Notes: generated from the letters alone by a model not told the origin. A DNA stretch of 64,000 nucleotides from an uncultured Clostridia bacterium (GCA_947175195.1 CAMWLQ010000006.1:664-64663), one strand, 5' to 3'; shown: positions 1-9,814, counted from the first letter of the stretch. Made by a program: numbers and translations.

Positions 1-2
1 TT

Positions 3-677
3 ACATATTTAGAATACTGTGATTACTTGCAAAAGAAATACGGTATTGGTTTATGTGATTATATGACTAAATCGTGGAATTCCAATCAAAAGTGTTCACG
101 AACACAAGATGGTTTATTCGCACACCATAAATTTGAAGACCATGCAATAAGATTATCCGATAAAGAATACGCTATGAAAAATCCTTTTGAATGGCAATTA
201 GCGGAAAATATCGTTTATTGTGATTATTTGGAACACTTATTTTTACATATTCTTATTTGTGAAAATCCGTCTGTTGATAAGAATGAAAATGAAGAAGTCG
301 GCATTGGTGGCATTTTGCAGTATTTAATCCCAGAACTAAATGATTTATATAGTGCTATTGACGCAAGAAAGTGGTTTGAAGAAACTAAAAACAAGTATGA
401 TGAGAAAGAAACTGCCTTTTGGGATGAAGTGATAAGGGGGTTAGAGCCAAGATTAAAATGGAAAAGAAATTGCAAACAATTAGTGGCAAATGATAAAGAA
501 GTATATTTTACACTATTAAAGAGATTTAGGAATTCATACGAAAAACATCATAAGTATAATAGAAATAGTTTTTGCAAAAGTAAATTTGAAAGGCGTTGCT
601 TGTTTGGTGATAAAATGGATAGAGTTTGGCGTATGGGTTTTATAAAAAGATATACAGCCAAATTAGGAAAGAGCTAA
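3..677 (+). CDS. hypothetical protein, 5'-partial (frame open to the window edge); weak HNH-like pattern
   Basis: ORF track 27..677. The same frame has no stop back to nt 3. A+T-rich. LFAHHKFEDH ... ENIVYCDYLEHLFLH loosely fits H-N-H spacing. Confidence 0.4.
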   Translation, partial: TYLEYCDYLQKKYGIGLCDYMTKSWNSNQKCSRTQDGLFAHHKFEDHAIRLSDKEYAMKNPFEWQLAENIVYCDYLEHLFLHILICENPSVDKNENEEVGIGGILQYLIPELNDLYSAIDARKWFEETKNKYDEKETAFWDEVIRGLEPRLKWKRNCKQLVANDKEVYFTLLKRFRNSYEKHHKYNRNSFCKSKFERRCLFGDKMDRVWRMGFIKRYTAKLGKS

Positions 678-713
678 CTTAACTATTCGTTTTAGGTTAT
701 GACTGCTCCTAAA

Positions 714-745
714 AATCGACAGGCCTTTGTGCTTGTCGATTTTTA
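714..745 (+). terminator. putative intrinsic terminator after the partial ORF
   Basis: AATCGACA / TGTCGATT stem (8 bp) followed by a T-run. Confidence 0.4.
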
Positions 746-754
746 CTTGTTCAC

Positions 755-783
755 TTGCTTTTGGCGCATTTAAATGTTATAAT
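755..783 (+). promoter_or_regulatory. sigma-A type promoter TTGCTT-17-TATAAT, leaderless arrangement
   Basis: -10 ends 6 nt before the ATG at 790. No Shine-Dalgarno sequence fits in between. Confidence 0.5.
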
Positions 784-789
784 ATTAGT

Positions 790-1794
790 ATGTACGGTGT
801 TTACGGCGATATAATAAGCGCAGCGGAGCGTGCGCTTGATAGCTTTTCCGAGACGGAAGAATTGTTGGAATATCCCGAAGTTCAGGCGGACAAGGCGTAT
901 TATTTGTCCGTATTATCCAAATACAATGCGCTCAAATTATTAAAGGATAAGCTCGAATCGCTGACGACCGCGCTGGAAGAGCAAAAGGTGGTTTGGGCGA
1001 TGTTGTCCGACGCTGATTCTGAGTCCGAGCGCGCCGTGATATACGAGGAGATTTCCGCGTTGAAACGTCGGGCGTCCGACAGCGCAGCGGCGCTTTCGGA
1101 TGCGCTCGGCTGCAAGCACGTCGACGAACGTGCGTATTGCAGGCTCAAGCTTGGCGGCGTTTCGGCAAAGCTCGGGGCCATGCTGTTCTCGCTAATTAAG
1201 TCCGACTTGTTGTCGCGCGGCGCGAAGATAGAGGATGAAAACACCACCTACCGCGACGGCAAAGCCAAGGAAATATCGTTCGTCGCGGACGGCGCGGACG
1301 TTATCGCTCGGCTCAGTCCGCTTTCGGGTGCGCACAAGGTGTACACCGCGCAGTCCAATGTTGATGAATTATGCTTTGCCGTTACTCCAGCGGCGACCGT
1401 CGAAAAAATTTCGGAAAGCGATTTGCGGATCGACTTATTCCGTTCGAGCGGAGCGGGAGGTCAGCACATCAACAAGACCGAGTCCGCAGTACGCGTAACG
1501 CACTTGCCTACGGGGATTACCGTCGTTTGCCAGGACGAGCGGTCGCAGCTCCAAAACAAGAAACGCGCTTTGGAAACGATTGAAAAGCGACTGAAGGAGC
1601 GGAGCGATCGGACCGAAAAAAAGCGTATGGAATCGGATATTAGCGCGCAGTATTCACAAAAGCACACGCCGATAACGTTCGACGCGGATACGGGCACGTT
1701 TACCGACGCGCGGCTTAAGGCGTTTACCAAAGCGCCGTTCCCGCTTTCCGCCGAGCAGTTCGCCGCATACCTGAACGGACTTATGGCGTTATGA
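790..1794 (+). CDS. class-I peptide chain release factor homologue (RF1-like, GGQ intact, codon-recognition motif absent)
   Basis: DLRIDLFRSSGAGGQHINKTESAVRVTHLPTGITVVCQDERSQLQNKKRA is canonical RF domain 3. The region aligned to [14 protein letters not shown] reads KVYTAQSNVDELC. Start taken at the first ATG (MYGVYG) inside ORF 727..1794. Confidence 0.7.
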   Translation: MYGVYGDIISAAERALDSFSETEELLEYPEVQADKAYYLSVLSKYNALKLLKDKLESLTTALEEQKVVWAMLSDADSESERAVIYEEISALKRRASDSAAALSDALGCKHVDERAYCRLKLGGVSAKLGAMLFSLIKSDLLSRGAKIEDENTTYRDGKAKEISFVADGADVIARLSPLSGAHKVYTAQSNVDELCFAVTPAATVEKISESDLRIDLFRSSGAGGQHINKTESAVRVTHLPTGITVVCQDERSQLQNKKRALETIEKRLKERSDRTEKKRMESDISAQYSQKHTPITFDADTGTFTDARLKAFTKAPFPLSAEQFAAYLNGLMAL

Positions 1795-1813
1795 TAATCA
1801 TTACGGTAGTACT

Positions 1814-4195
1814 ATGATAAAACTCACTGCACACACGAAAAAAATAGCGTTGTCTTCGAGCCGCCGAGCCTACAAAACCGAGGGCTTTATTTCGCCCACG
1901 CGCAGGGTGCTCGGTATTGACGCGTTTGTTTCTCGTGTAGCCGAAAGCATTTTCGGCGGGGACGAGCTTGCCGCCGGCTGTTATTCCGCGCAAACCGAGG
2001 ACGGAGCGTACACGCTTTTCTTTTTGGTCGGCGGCGGAGATAAAAGGCTGAACGGCGGAGACTTGGTTTTTTACGGGTTTATCGGCGAAAGCGATACCGA
2101 GGGCGGAACGGATAGGCGGTTGAGTGAGTATCTTGCGGCGCACAGCGATATACCGCTTATCGTGCGCGAGACCGACGACGGCATTACCGACGACGACCTG
2201 ACCAGGCTGTATCTTGTGTCGGGGTCGGACGGTATTGTCAATTTTCCGTACCTCAACGCAACGCAGCGCAAGATCGTAGAGACCGAGGACGCTAACATGC
2301 TCGTGCAGGGTGTTGCCGGCAGTGGCAAGACAAACGTTTGCGTAGAAAAGATTGTTTATTGCGCATGCCGAGGCTACCGCGGCGCAGTCCTTTACACAAC
2401 GTTTTCGCGCGGACTTTTGACCGAGACCAAAAGCAGGGTAGAGCTGTTTTCAAAAAACATAGACGACTTTATTTCGGCGTACGAGAGCGGGTGCGTAGTG
2501 TTCCTTGACGGGAACCACAAAAAAGCGGTGGAGAACAAGCTTGGGATTTTATTCTCGGTCGACGAGGACGGCGAGATAATTTCCGCGTTAAAGCGCATTG
2601 CGGCGTTTCTTAAAGAAAAGGTGGAATATCTGCTTATAGAGGATATTTACGCGCAGGCGTTTGAACAAAAGCGAGTCGCGGGCGAGAGCGTTTTCCTTAA
2701 CGAGTATCTCGGCTCGGGCAAAAACTATCGGCTTTCGGGCGCGCTCGAAAAGATAAAGCACATTGCGCCCGAGATAATCTATAAAGAAATTTACGGCATG
2801 ATTTTCGGCAAGTACGAGCTTGACGCCCCCGCCGACATGATGGGCAGGGACGAGTACGCCGCCGCGCGCAGCGACAGCTTTACGCGGCGCGAATGCGACG
2901 TTATATATTCGGTTGCAACCGATTATGCCGAGTTCCTGCAAAAGCGCGGGTACACCGACAACAACCTGATGAGCCGCGAAATATTAAACGGCGCGCCGCA
3001 GCCCAAGTATTCGGTGGGCGTTATTGACGAGGCGCAGGACTTTACGCAGGTCAACCTGTGTCTTATAAAAAAGCTGTGCCGCAAGCTGTTTTGTGTGGGC
3101 GACGCGTTGCAAATGATCAACCCGTCGTACTTCAATTTCGGGTACTTAAAGCGCATAATGTACGGCGACGTTACGGGCGTGGACGAGCTAAAGCACAACT
3201 ACCGCAGCACGGCTACGATAGAACGAATCGCCGAAAAGCTGGGCGAAATGAATACGCAAAGGTTTGGCACGCACAACTTTGTTTTGCGCGGAGAGAGTGT
3301 TCCGTCACCGTTGCCGTCCGCCGCCGTGTTTGTAAAGGACAAAAGCTTTGTGTACTCGCTCGGCGAAAAGCGGTTTGAAAACGTTACGGTAATCGTCGCC
3401 TCACAACAAAAAAAGGAAAAGCTGCGCAAGGTTTTGGGCAAGACCGAAATACTGACGGTTGCCGAGGCGAAGGGCTTGGAGCGTAACACCGTCATACTCG
3501 CCGACGTCCTTAGCGACAACGCCGACAAGTGGCGGTATATGCGCGACATGCTGCTCAACAGAAAGACCGCCGACGAGAACTCCGTTTTTAGGTACTACTT
3601 CAATTTGTTTTACGTCGGCATATCCCGCGCAAAGCAGTATTTGTTTGTAGCCGAGAGCGACTGTCCCGAAACGTTCAATACGCTGTTTAACGATTGTTTC
3701 GAGCGTAAAAACAAAGACGGCGCGCTCGCGTACCTAAAAGACATTGCGGGTAGAATAGAGATAGACGACGACGAGTTTGTCGAGCGTATCGAAAAATTTT
3801 GTTCGCTCGAGCAGTACGAAAACGCGCGTGCCGCTGCCGACAGGCTGTCGTCCGACGAGCTGCGCAAAAAACAGCTATTGTATATTTCGATTCATGAGCA
3901 GTACTTGCGCTACGGGAAACTGCGCGACGCGGGCGTAGAGTATTGGCGGCATGGCATGGACGCCGAGGCGCGCGAGCTGTTTACGCGTTCGGGCGATCAA
4001 AAGCTGTTCCCGCTTATGGACGCGTGCGCAAAGGGCGGCGGTGCGCTCGACCCCGATATTGTTCAGTTTTATCCGCTTGTAGACGACAACGACGTGGCTA
4101 AAAAGATAATAATAGACACGCTCGACAAGGACAGTCGTGAAATAGCGGAGCGTTTAAAATCGGCAAATAATATTCTTAAGAGGAAAAGACAATGA
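1814..4195 (+). CDS. UvrD/Rep-like superfamily-1 helicase with ~170-aa N-terminal extension
   Basis: Motif I GVAGSGKT, motif II GVIDEAQDF, NYRST, TVAEAKGLERNTVIL and FYVGISRAKQYLFV. Confidence 0.75.
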   Translation: MIKLTAHTKKIALSSSRRAYKTEGFISPTRRVLGIDAFVSRVAESIFGGDELAAGCYSAQTEDGAYTLFFLVGGGDKRLNGGDLVFYGFIGESDTEGGTDRRLSEYLAAHSDIPLIVRETDDGITDDDLTRLYLVSGSDGIVNFPYLNATQRKIVETEDANMLVQGVAGSGKTNVCVEKIVYCACRGYRGAVLYTTFSRGLLTETKSRVELFSKNIDDFISAYESGCVVFLDGNHKKAVENKLGILFSVDEDGEIISALKRIAAFLKEKVEYLLIEDIYAQAFEQKRVAGESVFLNEYLGSGKNYRLSGALEKIKHIAPEIIYKEIYGMIFGKYELDAPADMMGRDEYAAARSDSFTRRECDVIYSVATDYAEFLQKRGYTDNNLMSREILNGAPQPKYSVGVIDEAQDFTQVNLCLIKKLCRKLFCVGDALQMINPSYFNFGYLKRIMYGDVTGVDELKHNYRSTATIERIAEKLGEMNTQRFGTHNFVLRGESVPSPLPSAAVFVKDKSFVYSLGEKRFENVTVIVASQQKKEKLRKVLGKTEILTVAEAKGLERNTVILADVLSDNADKWRYMRDMLLNRKTADENSVFRYYFNLFYVGISRAKQYLFVAESDCPETFNTLFNDCFERKNKDGALAYLKDIAGRIEIDDDEFVERIEKFCSLEQYENARAAADRLSSDELRKKQLLYISIHEQYLRYGKLRDAGVEYWRHGMDAEARELFTRSGDQKLFPLMDACAKGGGALDPDIVQFYPLVDDNDVAKKIIIDTLDKDSREIAERLKSANNILKRKRQ

Positions 4196-4908
4196 GCGAC
4201 AACTCGATTAAAGAACTTATAGACAGCTTTATAGCCTACCGCAATTTGATTGCGCCCTTGCAAGACAGCCTGCATTCGGTGAGCAAGACGTACGAGGAAA
4301 TTCGCAACGACCTTGACGCGCTCACCAAAAACTTTTCGGGCAGTGCAATGGCTCAGCTCGACAAGGTGCATGCCACTATCAACGCGCAAGCCAAAAGCGG
4401 GCAGGAGCTTGGCAAAAAAATAGAGGAATACTCGGTTTCGGGCGAAAAGTACGCGCAGGCGGTGGAGAGCATGTCGGCGCGGTTTTCGGATGTAGCGGAC
4501 AGAATTTCGTCGCTCGCCGAAATCGAAAAAAACGTGCAAAGCCAGCTTGCGCGGATAGACGCGCTTATATCCGAAAAACGTTCCTCTTATAACATTAAGG
4601 ATTTACAAAAAGCGCTCGACGGCTACACCGCCAACGTCGAAAAAATAAACGACTTTATAAATAAGGATATAGCCGAGGTCTTAAAGGCAAACGCCGACAA
4701 GATAGAGGCAATCCGCCAGGAAAACGAACAGCTATCAGCAGCCGTTGCGGCGCAAGGCAAGGATATAGCTACGCTTGTTGCGGAGTTTGCCAAAACGTCC
4801 GAGCTACTCAAACAGTCGGTCGAAGGCAGCACGGTCAACGAGCAATATCTCTTTGACGTATTCGACAAATGGGCGGCGGACAGAAAGGTCAAAATCAAAA
4901 AGCAGTAG
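4192..4908 (+). CDS. coiled-coil hypothetical protein
   Basis: ATGA start/stop overlap with the helicase gene. Heptad-like, K/E/Q/L-rich sequence. Shares a duplicated 38-aa segment with the next gene. Confidence 0.55.
   Translation: MSDNSIKELIDSFIAYRNLIAPLQDSLHSVSKTYEEIRNDLDALTKNFSGSAMAQLDKVHATINAQAKSGQELGKKIEEYSVSGEKYAQAVESMSARFSDVADRISSLAEIEKNVQSQLARIDALISEKRSSYNIKDLQKALDGYTANVEKINDFINKDIAEVLKANADKIEAIRQENEQLSAAVAAQGKDIATLVAEFAKTSELLKQSVEGSTVNEQYLFDVFDKWAADRKVKIKKQ
4416..4530 (+). repeat. direct repeat copy A (~115 nt)
   Basis: Aligns with 5113-5227. There is a 25-nt identical core, AGAGCATGTCGGCGCGGTTTTCGGA. It encodes KIEEYSVSGEKYAQAVESMSARFSDVADRISSLAEIEK. Confidence 0.8.
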
Positions 4909-4911
4909 GAC

Positions 4912-7326
4912 ATGGCGCAGTCAATCGAACAACGCTTACTTCAAGCCATAAAAAACGACGACCTCAAGGCGTTTGACGCTTTGGGAAAAACGGCGCGGAT
5001 AGGTGCATACCGTCTGGGCAGGTTCCCCGTGCTGTCGTTGCTGTACCTTTATAAATCGCGAAAAATTCTTGCGGCGCACGAGCTTGAGTTTTTAAAAATA
5101 AATAGCTACGAAAAAATAGATAAATGCTCGGTTTCGGGTAAAAAGCATGCGCAAGCGGTAAAGAGCATGTCGGCGCGGTTTTCGGACGGAGTGGACAGAA
5201 TTTCGCCGCCCGCCGAGATTGAGAAAATAAACGGCTACGAAAAAAAGACCGAGCCGTTGGAGCTGTCCGTAAAGTTTTCGAGCGTAGCCGGTAAATGCTT
5301 GCGACTTTATTATAATGAGGTAGTGTCGCCGCTCGAAATGTTGTTAATTCTCGATAAGACCAAACGCTTGACGCGCGTATTCTCTTATGCCGATACTACA
5401 AAGGAAATCAGGGCGCGCCTTCAATCGATATATTCGATCAAGTACGCGCTTAACGTGCGGTTTGAGGGCGAAAACATAATAATAGATAAACGCCCGTTGA
5501 GCTACCGCGAAAAAAAGAAAATACTGACAGTGTGCTTGTGCTCGGCGCTGGGCGTGGCGGTAGCCGTTTGCGTTCCGACCATCACAGTCGCGCTGATGCC
5601 CGTCCGTGTCGAGGGCGAGGTAAACAAGCTTAGCGATATTAATTTCGCCGCGCACAAAGAATACGTTTTGAAACGCGATATAGTGTTGAACAAAGCGGTG
5701 GACGAGGTGAACTGCACAATCCGCGGCAACGGGCATAAGCTGATTTTTGACAACGGCGCAGCGTTTGCCACGCTAAACGGCGCGCTTACCGATATGACTA
5801 TCGAAAGCTCGGGCGGGGCGTTGTTCTATACCGTTTCAAACAGCGCGCGGGTAACTGACGTAACTATAAACGTAGAGGGCTACGTTTTGTCTAATGAAAG
5901 CACCGCGCTTGTGGCAGTGGTCAATTACGGCGAGTTCGACGGCGTTACGGTTAACGTGCGGGCAATCGCGGATGCGGAAAATCCGAATGACGGAACAACT
6001 GCGGAGCTGACGTTTGGCGGAATAGCAATGAACAACGGCGCTATATTTAACAACAAAACGCAAGAGGTCGATTTCGGCGTTATCAAAAACAGTACGGTCA
6101 ACTATTTTCAGCTTGAGCTGAGCGGCGAGGCGAGCGCAAACACCGCGTTTGGCGGGATTGCGGGTTTCAACAACGGGTACTTGCAGGACTGCACGGTAAC
6201 GGGCGAAATCATTGCGAACACTGTTGACGTGGCGGGCGTTTGCGTAGTCAATAACGGCGAAATAATCGGTTGTGTAAACAATGCGGATATTGCCCAAACC
6301 TCGGGGAATGAAAATTGGAATCCGATTGCTTGCGGAATAGTTATGACCAACTCGTACTTAGTTAACAACTGCGAGAATACGGGCAATATTTCGGCGGTTT
6401 CCACATGCGAGACGGAAAGCGAAAATGCGCGGTCCGCTATCGCGGCGGGCATAGCCTACGTAAACAGTAACGCCAATATCGTGCCGTATATAGTTAATTG
6501 CGCCAACACGGGCGATGTGGAAAGCTCCGCCGTGGGCGGCAACTCGTATGCGGCGGGCGTGTGTATGTCGTCGAGCGGCGGCATCGAGCAGTGCACCAAC
6601 AGCGGCGCGATAAGTGCGGAGTCGGGAAATGGCTATGAAACGTTGGTGGGCGGAATCGCCGATTATGCATACGGATATATTTACAAATCCACCAATAGCG
6701 GCGCAGTATCGGCTGTTGGCAGCGGAACGTCGTATGCCGGCGGCATATCGGCTTTTGCGCGCGCGCAAATTTTGAACTGCGTTTCGAGCGGGGATATTAA
6801 GGTTACGGCAAAGGAAGTTTGCGCGGGCGGAATAATGGGCGTGAGCGAAATCGTCAACAACGGCAAAGGCACCGCCGAGTATTGCATAAGCGAAAATCGA
6901 TTGGACGTTACCGCCGTTAGCGACGGCAAGGCGTACGTCGGCGGGATTATCGGGTACGTAAGCGAGCATCAGTTCCAAGTCGTAGGCGGCGGAACGGCAT
7001 ACTTCGGCGGCGGTGTTACGGACAGCTGCTTTGTGGGCACGTGCGTTGGGTCGGAAATATATTTCGGCAATATCGTCGGCGTGTGCGGCGCTAATATTTA
7101 TTATAGTAATTCATACTATTCGAGCAACGTCGAGTATCACAATTTCGACGGAAATTATTATGTAAATAATTCGTTTTCGGCGTTCGGCGCGACGGCGTCG
7201 ACAAATGAATCGGACAGCACGCTCACGGCCGCTGTGGAAGATAAGGGCGCAACTTCTATGTCGATAGAGGACGTAAAAAAAACCGTAACGTATAAGAAGA
7301 TTCTAAGCGAGCTGGAAAACGTGTAA
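4912..7326 (+). CDS. single-pass membrane protein with GLUG-like repeat ectodomain
   Basis: TM helix ILTVCLCSALGVAVAVCVPTITVALMPV. At least 9 repeats of the type FGGIAGFNNGYLQDCTVTGEI / VGGIADYAYGYIYKSTNSGAV / AGGISAFARAQILNCVSSGDI. Confidence 0.6.
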   Translation: MAQSIEQRLLQAIKNDDLKAFDALGKTARIGAYRLGRFPVLSLLYLYKSRKILAAHELEFLKINSYEKIDKCSVSGKKHAQAVKSMSARFSDGVDRISPPAEIEKINGYEKKTEPLELSVKFSSVAGKCLRLYYNEVVSPLEMLLILDKTKRLTRVFSYADTTKEIRARLQSIYSIKYALNVRFEGENIIIDKRPLSYREKKKILTVCLCSALGVAVAVCVPTITVALMPVRVEGEVNKLSDINFAAHKEYVLKRDIVLNKAVDEVNCTIRGNGHKLIFDNGAAFATLNGALTDMTIESSGGALFYTVSNSARVTDVTINVEGYVLSNESTALVAVVNYGEFDGVTVNVRAIADAENPNDGTTAELTFGGIAMNNGAIFNNKTQEVDFGVIKNSTVNYFQLELSGEASANTAFGGIAGFNNGYLQDCTVTGEIIANTVDVAGVCVVNNGEIIGCVNNADIAQTSGNENWNPIACGIVMTNSYLVNNCENTGNISAVSTCETESENARSAIAAGIAYVNSNANIVPYIVNCANTGDVESSAVGGNSYAAGVCMSSSGGIEQCTNSGAISAESGNGYETLVGGIADYAYGYIYKSTNSGAVSAVGSGTSYAGGISAFARAQILNCVSSGDIKVTAKEVCAGGIMGVSEIVNNGKGTAEYCISENRLDVTAVSDGKAYVGGIIGYVSEHQFQVVGGGTAYFGGGVTDSCFVGTCVGSEIYFGNIVGVCGANIYYSNSYYSSNVEYHNFDGNYYVNNSFSAFGATASTNESDSTLTAAVEDKGATSMSIEDVKKTVTYKKILSELENV
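5113..5227 (+). repeat. direct repeat copy B (~115 nt)
   Basis: Encodes KIDKCSVSGKKHAQAVKSMSARFSDGVDRISPPAEIEK. Offset from copy A is 696 nt (a multiple of 3). Confidence 0.8.
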
Positions 7327-7448
7327 AAGGCACGGCGTTGTATATCGAACAAATGTGCTGGGGCTTAAAGCTATATTTCCAACAAGCAACGTCTTGCATT
7401 TTATGCCATGCTATGATATAATTTTTTACAAAGAATAGAGGTGACGTT

Positions 7449-7934
7449 ATGACTGTTAAGCCTGACGGAATAGATAATGAAATCGACATAGGCGATGAAA
7501 CGCCGCTGTTTACCAAACGCGCAAACACGGCTGCATTCAAACTGTACAATCTTCGGATTTTGCCGATTTTTATTGTTTGCGGAATTGTTATTGCAATTAT
7601 GATATTAGGCGGATATTGGTATGTCGGATTGGTTATCGGCGTATTAATGTTGGCGGGTTTAATAGTTTTATTTGTCCCGCCCAATGTGCCAAAGCTATCT
7701 TATTTTATCACGTCGCAAAGAATAGGCATGGCCAACAAGTCATTCGTCGGTTATTATTCTTACAATGACGTGCGCAAAGTTATAATAAGACGCTTTTCCA
7801 AAACGATCACCCTGAAAGGCAATGGCGGGTTGCCATTAAAAATAGATATTTATTTATCCGCAGAGGACTTCGATTGGTTTATTTCGGAAATCGTGCCGCA
7901 ACTGTCGCAAGCCGAAATAAAAGGAAAAAAGTAA
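7449..7934 (+). CDS. membrane protein, two TM helices plus bacterial PH-like C-terminal domain (tentative)
   Basis: SD GAGGTG. TM stretch LRILPIFIVCGIVIAIMILGGYWYVGLVIGVLMLAGLIVLFVP. A+T-rich. Confidence 0.5.
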   Translation: MTVKPDGIDNEIDIGDETPLFTKRANTAAFKLYNLRILPIFIVCGIVIAIMILGGYWYVGLVIGVLMLAGLIVLFVPPNVPKLSYFITSQRIGMANKSFVGYYSYNDVRKVIIRRFSKTITLKGNGGLPLKIDIYLSAEDFDWFISEIVPQLSQAEIKGKK

Positions 7935-8058
7935 TACATAATTTTTATTTTGCTACCGTACCACTAAATGCGCACCCATACAGGTGCGTTTTTATGTGCT
8001 TGAAAACTACTCCTATTTGTGTTATAATCAAAATACATAATTGTTGGGAGCAGTATTG

Positions 8059-8805
8059 ATGATATTTGCAATAATTGCGATAATTGCAGTGCTATTAATC
8101 ATAATCTTAGTATTCGGTAGAACGATACGTTCTCCTAAGTCCAAAGGCGAACACGGGGAAAGTACTGTTGCCAAAATATTGGGTGAAACTATAGCAGGCG
8201 AACAATATGTTATTAATGATTTGTTATTTAGTAATGAGTCGGGACAATCGTGTCAAATAGACCACATTTACATAAACAAATTCGGAATATGGGTAATTGA
8301 AACAAAAAATTATTCGGGTCGTATTTACGGTGATGAAAAACAACGTGAATGGACACAGGTATTAGCCTATGGCAATGAAATAAATAAGTTCTATAATCCC
8401 GTAAAACAAAATGCAACGCATATCTATCATTTGTCAAAATACCTAAAAGTGAAAAACGTTTTTCAAAATATAGTAGTATTTTTGTCAAGGTCGGATATAT
8501 CAAGCGTAACGTCAAATAATGTATATTCTATCTATGAATTACCATTAATAAAAAGTCAGGTTACTGATACAACTTTGTCCGTTGATAAAATGGAGCGCTA
8601 TTATAATCAGCTTTTGGAGCTAAAGAATAATCCGACAATAAGCAAAGCAGAGCATATCGAAAATATCCATAGAAAGCAAGAGCAAATCAAACAAGGCATT
8701 TGCCCGAGGTGCGGTGGGAATTTGGTATTGCGTGACGGAAAGTACGGACAATTTTACGGTTGCTCCAACTTTCCTGCTTGTAAATTTAAAAAGAATATTG
8801 ATTAG
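8059..8805 (+). CDS. NERD domain protein with C-terminal topoisomerase-type C4 zinc finger
   Basis: N-terminal TM. NERD-like core is QIDHIYINKFGIWVIETKNYSGRIYGDEKQREWTQ. Zinc finger is CPRCGGNLVLRDGKYGQFYGCSNFPACKF. Confidence 0.75.
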   Translation: MIFAIIAIIAVLLIIILVFGRTIRSPKSKGEHGESTVAKILGETIAGEQYVINDLLFSNESGQSCQIDHIYINKFGIWVIETKNYSGRIYGDEKQREWTQVLAYGNEINKFYNPVKQNATHIYHLSKYLKVKNVFQNIVVFLSRSDISSVTSNNVYSIYELPLIKSQVTDTTLSVDKMERYYNQLLELKNNPTISKAEHIENIHRKQEQIKQGICPRCGGNLVLRDGKYGQFYGCSNFPACKFKKNID

Positions 8806-8924
8806 ATTTTTGCGGGAACTAACAATATAATGCGAGCAAAACGTCATAACAAATACCGCTTGTTTTTATTATGACTTTATGATATTATATAGCTATCCAT
8901 TTTATAATTACGGAGCACTGACAA

Positions 8925-9311
8925 ATGAATATCGAAACAAAAGAGGTGAACGGCAACATATCGAGCGCGGGCGAGTGGCGCAGTTTCGGCTGGCAACAAA
9001 CCGCCAGTAGAAAAGTTCGGTCGGGACGGAGCAGGCATAGAACTATATACACTTTGGCGCGCGATAAGGATATGCCCAATTACGCAGCGCTCAATCGGAT
9101 GGAGGGCGAATACTTGGATTTAAAGCGCAACAAAAAAACGTATAACCCGATGGAGGCGAGCAATGTCTTGATTGCTTTTGCGTTCTTAATCATTCCCGGG
9201 ATTATCTACGTTACCGTAAAATTAAAACAAAAGAAAAGAATAAATGAACATAACGCTGACGTTCAAAAACAAATGGACGCGGTAATAGCAAAAGCTCAAC
9301 AGTTGCTATAA
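8925..9311 (+). CDS. small single-TM hypothetical protein
   Basis: SD GGAG. TM helix VLIAFAFLIIPGIIYVTV. Confidence 0.4.
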   Translation: MNIETKEVNGNISSAGEWRSFGWQQTASRKVRSGRSRHRTIYTLARDKDMPNYAALNRMEGEYLDLKRNKKTYNPMEASNVLIAFAFLIIPGIIYVTVKLKQKKRINEHNADVQKQMDAVIAKAQQLL

Positions 9312-9785
9312 TATTAGGTTTTTATAAGCAGCAAAGTGCAATTATCTGAATGTTACATGCACAATAAGATTTTTTAATAAAAAGGTTGCAAATATTATTT
9401 TCGATAATATTTATTGGTATAAATTCGTAGTTCCCGAACAAGGTTTATCCAAAGGCGATTGGCAATGCGCATATTTAGAACAATATCTTAATTGTGAAGC
9501 AATTGTCACCCTTTATTTTGCTTTCTTTATTTACAAATATGAAAAGTAAGAGGAAGAAAGGCACTCCATATGAGATGTTTTCTCTTGAAAGCGCAAAACC
9601 AATCCCTAAATATCTTTTGGAATGCATCGAATTCGAAAGCGAAGATGATGACTAATGAAAATAACAACTCGTGATTGTTTTTTATTGTTCTGCAAAAACA
9701 CGACGTAACAGAGAATGCCTTTGTCATGTGAGCCATATTAAATATGTTTATAAAAACCCATATTTGTATTGTATATAATTATTGC

Positions 9786-9814
9786 TTGACAAATTTACGT
9801 ATAAATGTTAATAT
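9786..9814 (+). promoter_or_regulatory. promoter TTGACA-17-TAATAT
   Basis: Consensus -35, 17-nt spacer, followed by SD AAAGGAG and the ATG at 9839. Confidence 0.55.
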
